Source of the DNA: Gekko japonicus
Taxonomy: Eukaryota
Assembly (NCBI RefSeq): GCF_001447785.1
Contig: NW_015172050.1
Span: forward strand, 122,447-185,854
Direction of reading: 5' to 3'
Length of the DNA: 63,408 nucleotides
Below the pieces are notes generated by a model that saw only the letters and a list, made by a program, of their open reading frames with translations, was not told where the DNA came from and searched no databases. Positions 60,543-63,408 of the stretch are shown here, piece by piece. Position 1 is the stretch's first letter. Each line of letters begins with the position of its first letter. A program made the position numbers and the translations under genes.

Positions 60543-62051
60543 GAGCGCGGATTGCCCCCCTCCCCACCAGCTTCTCTCCCTCCCCAAACTGAACGCAGTG
60601 GGAATGAGGGTGCATAAAAAGGTTCCTGTACCCTTCGTTTCCCCACTACTCCGCCTCCTGCAGCAATTTTGTGGTTCCTCCCACCCACCCCCATGCCAGA
60701 ATTCTAAAGGTGACCCCAGGCTCCCGAAAGTCAGGAGGCCATGCTCTAGAACCACAGTGCCATTGTCCGAAGGAAGTGTGTGCACACCCCCTGCCCTGCG
60801 TACGTCTCTACCCGAAGCCGATGTCCCACCTTTGCCTTCCAGAACAAGAAGAGCCAGAGCACCAGCTTCCTCTGGGAGGAGGAGAGGCAGCCCATCCTGC
60901 AGCTGCTCACACAGTTGCTGCAGCTGGACCTCCACCGTCTGTGGATGGGCTCGGTAGTGGAGGAAGAGTTCGTCAGGTGAGGATCCCGCAAGGGATTTGA
61001 ACGAGGAGCCGCATTCAGGCAAGGCCCTTGAAAGCGGGCTTTCGTGCGCTGGAAGAAATTGCCATGAATCTTGGTGTTCTGTAGGGAAGGGAGGAATGAC
61101 CAGATCGGCGAGAGAAACGAGCTGGAGTGGGATGAGGTTCAAGGGATCGATTCAGTGTGCTAACGAGCAGCAAGTAGTACATGGGCTTGGGGCTCCTGTA
61201 GGCCTTGTAGTGCCCCCTGACCTGGATGGCCCGAGCTGGCCTGGTCCTCATCAGGTCTCAGAAACCCTGGGGGGGGGGGACCCCCATATTGACTGCAACT
61301 CATCACAACACCTTCCGCTACCAGACTTTGTAGCAGAGTCCCTGCATTGCTCTGCTGAAGGTGAGCCACTTCTGTTGTACATCCCTGCTTCCCTTCCTCC
61401 AGTTTAATGACCGGCTGCTGTTACCACATCCTGGAAAATCCCAGCATTGGCCACCAGAGGCATCGGCCCACCCGAGAGGCGGCCATTCATCTGCTAGGGG
61501 TGGCCCACCGGCGCTACGACCACATGCTCAGTAAGTCCTCTCGGGGCGCCCCACCCAGGCCTGGCAGCTGCTGCTGCTGCACATAGGCCTTGGCCTGCTG
61601 CTCCTGCTCCCAACCTGTCCCCCCCCTCTCTTTCCCAAAGTGGGGCCTCGCTCAGCACGGCTCTCTCCGACCTGTCCCCTTCTTGCAGATGCCACTCTGA
61701 AGGTCACCCAGATGCTCCAGCACTTTGAGCACGTGGCGCCAGTGTTTGTGGAGGCTGTGAGCTTGTGGGTCAAGGAGTACGGCATGAAGAGCATCGTGGG
61801 GGAGCTGCTGAGGTCAGACCCCTCTTCCGCCACCCTCCCCCCCCCTCACACACACTAATTTTCCGCAGTTCTGTCCGGTTTGACCCCTTTGTTCGTCCCT
61901 CAGGGAAATTGGGCAGAAGTGCCCTCAGGAGCTGGCCCGGGATGCTTCGGGAGCGAAGGGCTACGCCGTCTTCCTCGCTGAGCTGGCAGAGCAAGCGCCA
62001 GCCATCGTACTCTCCAACATGAGTGTCTTGGTGCATCACCTGGACGGAGAG
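52252..62051 (+). CDS. NCAPD2: Condensin I subunit CAP-D2, 5' part (continues beyond window); join(52252-52396, 55084-55159, 57727-57785, 58239-58420, 60843-60976, 61403-61530, 61689-61812, 61904-62051)
   Basis: Frame-consistent GT-AG exons encoding WEFHLPLS, LQHFDTLYSILHHFRS, NALKMNCY, WEEERQPILQLLTQLLQLD, TGCCYHILENP, QMLQHFEH, YGMKSIVGE, EIGQKCPQEL...HLDGE, all matching recalled NCAPD2. Confidence 0.97.
53912..54123. repeat. Palindromic pair of Penelope-like ends with degenerate hammerheads
   Basis: Arms are reverse complements; inferred consensus ttccc-CTGACGA-a-gcctgttggc-GAAA-cgcgta-gggaa. Confidence 0.75.
55084..55159 (+). CDS. NCAPD2: NCAPD2 coding exon 2
   Basis: ggcag|GATTCCAG...CTACA|gtgagt; FQAGFRTQGALAILQHFDTLYSIL. 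Confidence 0.93.
56726..57547 (-). mobile_element. L1/Tx1-type 3' fragment with an inserted Sauria SINE (56900-57247, +)
   Basis: PEIYLLNII...[14 protein letters not shown], homologous to the 7246-8316 ORF. Confidence 0.85.
57727..57785 (+). CDS. NCAPD2: NCAPD2 coding exon 3
   Basis: ctacag|CCACTTC...AAAG|gtgagt; HFRSVEASVKEDALELMRK. Confidence 0.93.
57836..58155 (+). ncRNA. SCARNA10: scaRNA U85 (hybrid C/D-H/ACA guide for U5 snRNA)
   Basis: C box ATGATGA 57841-57847 followed by TATCAAGGC; hairpin GGTCTGTAATCTTGGTGGGC...GTTCACTGTAAGGGCAGACC; H box ACATTA 57965-57970; ACA 58055-58057; U5 antisense TCTTTGGTAAT plus D box CTGA 58147-58150; NCAPD2 is the known host gene. Confidence 0.95.
58239..58420 (+). 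CDS. NCAPD2: NCAPD2 coding exon 4
   Basis: VVSSHSNALTAILD...NALKMNCYVLVRLVEAFETE...KKK|gtagaa. Confidence 0.94.
59104..59707 (+). mobile_element. Probable solo LTR inside a hAT fragment
   Basis: gtgacg...cgtcac termini, gataaa and ttaaaa signals; no clean TSD. Confidence 0.45.
60494..60537. repeat. (CT)n microsatellite
   Basis: Direct observation. Confidence 0.98.
60843..60976 (+). CDS. NCAPD2: NCAPD2 coding exon 5
   Basis: NKKSQSTSFLWEEERQPILQLLTQLLQLDLHRLWMGSVVEEEFV. Confidence 0.95.
61403..61530 (+). CDS. NCAPD2: NCAPD2 coding exon 6
   Basis: LMTGCCYHILENPSIGHQRHRPTREAAIHLLGVAHRRYDHML. Confidence 0.95.
61689..61812 (+). CDS. NCAPD2: NCAPD2 coding exon 7
   Basis: ATLKVTQMLQHFEHVAPVFVEAVSLWVKEYGMKSIVGELL. 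Confidence 0.95.
61904..62051 (+). CDS. NCAPD2: NCAPD2 coding exon 8
   Basis: EIGQKCPQELARDASGAKGYAVFLAELAEQAPAIVLSNMSVLVHHLDGE|gtactg. Confidence 0.95.
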
Positions 62052-63408
62052 GTACTGGGCTCCGATGAAGGTCCCATGGAATATCCATTGGCAGAGCTGA
62101 AACATGCAGAGGAACCAGAGTGCCAACTGTTTAAAGGAAATAACTCCGTTATTTAAACTCTGATAGAGGAGAGGGAGAGAGGCTCAACTTACTGTCTTAA
62201 CAGCTGTGAGAGACTGGAACGAAGGGGAAGGGCTCAGTTGGAGGAGGAAGTCTCCAAAGGGCCAATCAGGAGACAGGAAGGACAGCATTTGAAATTCTGG
62301 GAAGTCCCTAATCTAGCTATGCTGACTAGCAGTCCTTTAGTTGTCTGATCTTCTTCAAGTACATGCACGATAGACCTTGTATATTCCAACAATATCTATC
62401 TTGCCTGTTGCCTCCATTGCTCAGCTCTTCTTCGACCCAAGATTTTGGGTGTACGTGAGAATTTGCTTCTGAGTCTCCTTTCTACCTTGTGTTAGTCTCC
62501 TCCTTCCATCTCCCTGAGTGCATTGCTTTTTTCTTTTTTTTTTGCTCCACTGTTCTTCTGTTTATGCTTGCGGCCGCTCTTCCTAGATGTGGCTCTTGCT
62601 GCCTATCTCACTTCATGCCTTGGCACATGCAAGCGGAACGCCCAGACTACTACTGCCTATGTCTTACTCTCCCCCCCCCCCAATAACGTAGCATTCTTCT
62701 CAAGAGGGAGCAGTGTGGTGCCGCAGTTAGAGTGTTAGAAACCCACGATCTGGGAGGACCCCAGTCGGAAACCCCCCCCCCTTCTGCCGCGGAAACTCGC
62801 TGGGTGACCTTGGGCCAGTCACACCAGACTCAGCCTGCCCTCCCTCAAAGGGTTGTAGAGAGGATGAATGGTGGAGAGAATAGCGTACGCCATTTTGGGT
62901 CCTCATCGGGAAGAAAAGCAGGGTGTAAATGAAGGAAATAGACTGTCTTGGTGCTCCTGAACGCTTGGCCCTTCTTGTTTCACTGCTCTGTAGGGTCATC
63001 TCTCTGAATGACTGAAGGCCGGGGTTCTTCTGGTCTCGGTCCTCCATGTGCATGCTTAGAAATGAGAGCAGTTGCCTCTAGAATTGTCTTTCAAGTAGCC
63101 TGACTGGAGATCCATAATCCTGCGCTGCAGGTGGCCTGCCCCGGGGCTCACCGGTGCCAGCTCTGAACCACTAATTCAGCTGATTTCTTTTTTAAAGGGG
63201 GAGGGGGACTTCCTAATCCTCTTTGCCTCTCAATCATGACTCATCGAGCAGTCCTCACATTCTGCCAAGAAGGCAGCATTTGGCTGGCTTTTCCCTCCGC
63301 AGTATTTGGCAGGTCATGACTAATAAGGCGAGTTCAGCCTGGCTCAGAGCCGCTGCTGTCGTGGGCGTCCGGCCCACAGCTGCGGCACAGATGATGCAAA
63401 CAGATGAT

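Noticed and set aside
63385-63408. Possible C-box (GATGATG) of another intronic snoRNA at the window edge
   Set aside because: Imperfect motif, truncated by the window end; no D box visible

Overview
Vertebrate genomic DNA from a squamate reptile, probably a gecko (inferred from Sauria/Squam1, Squam3-type and 5S-derived SINEs, BovB, CR1 and Penelope relics). It covers the conserved VAMP1 - MRPL51 - NCAPD2 block. Reconstructed by hand from splice sites and reading frame: (1) VAMP1/synaptobrevin-1, minus strand, 5 coding exons, 119 aa; (2) a second, intact but strongly diverged tandem VAMP1 paralog, minus strand, same 5-exon layout, 120 aa, with the SNARE core layers kept but surface residues and nearly all known clostridial-neurotoxin cleavage sites changed; (3) MRPL51, minus strand, 3 exons, 131 aa; (4) the first 8 coding exons of NCAPD2, plus strand, head-to-head with MRPL51 and hosting scaRNA U85/SCARNA10. 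The rest is mostly transposon-derived: hAT MITEs with 8-bp TSDs, L1, CR1, BovB, LTRs, and many Penelope-end relics carrying minimal hammerhead-ribozyme motifs, including a 5-unit tandem array in VAMP1 intron 1. There is one 44-N assembly gap. Most ORF-track entries are spurious. No database searches were run; family names rest on recalled sequences and motifs.
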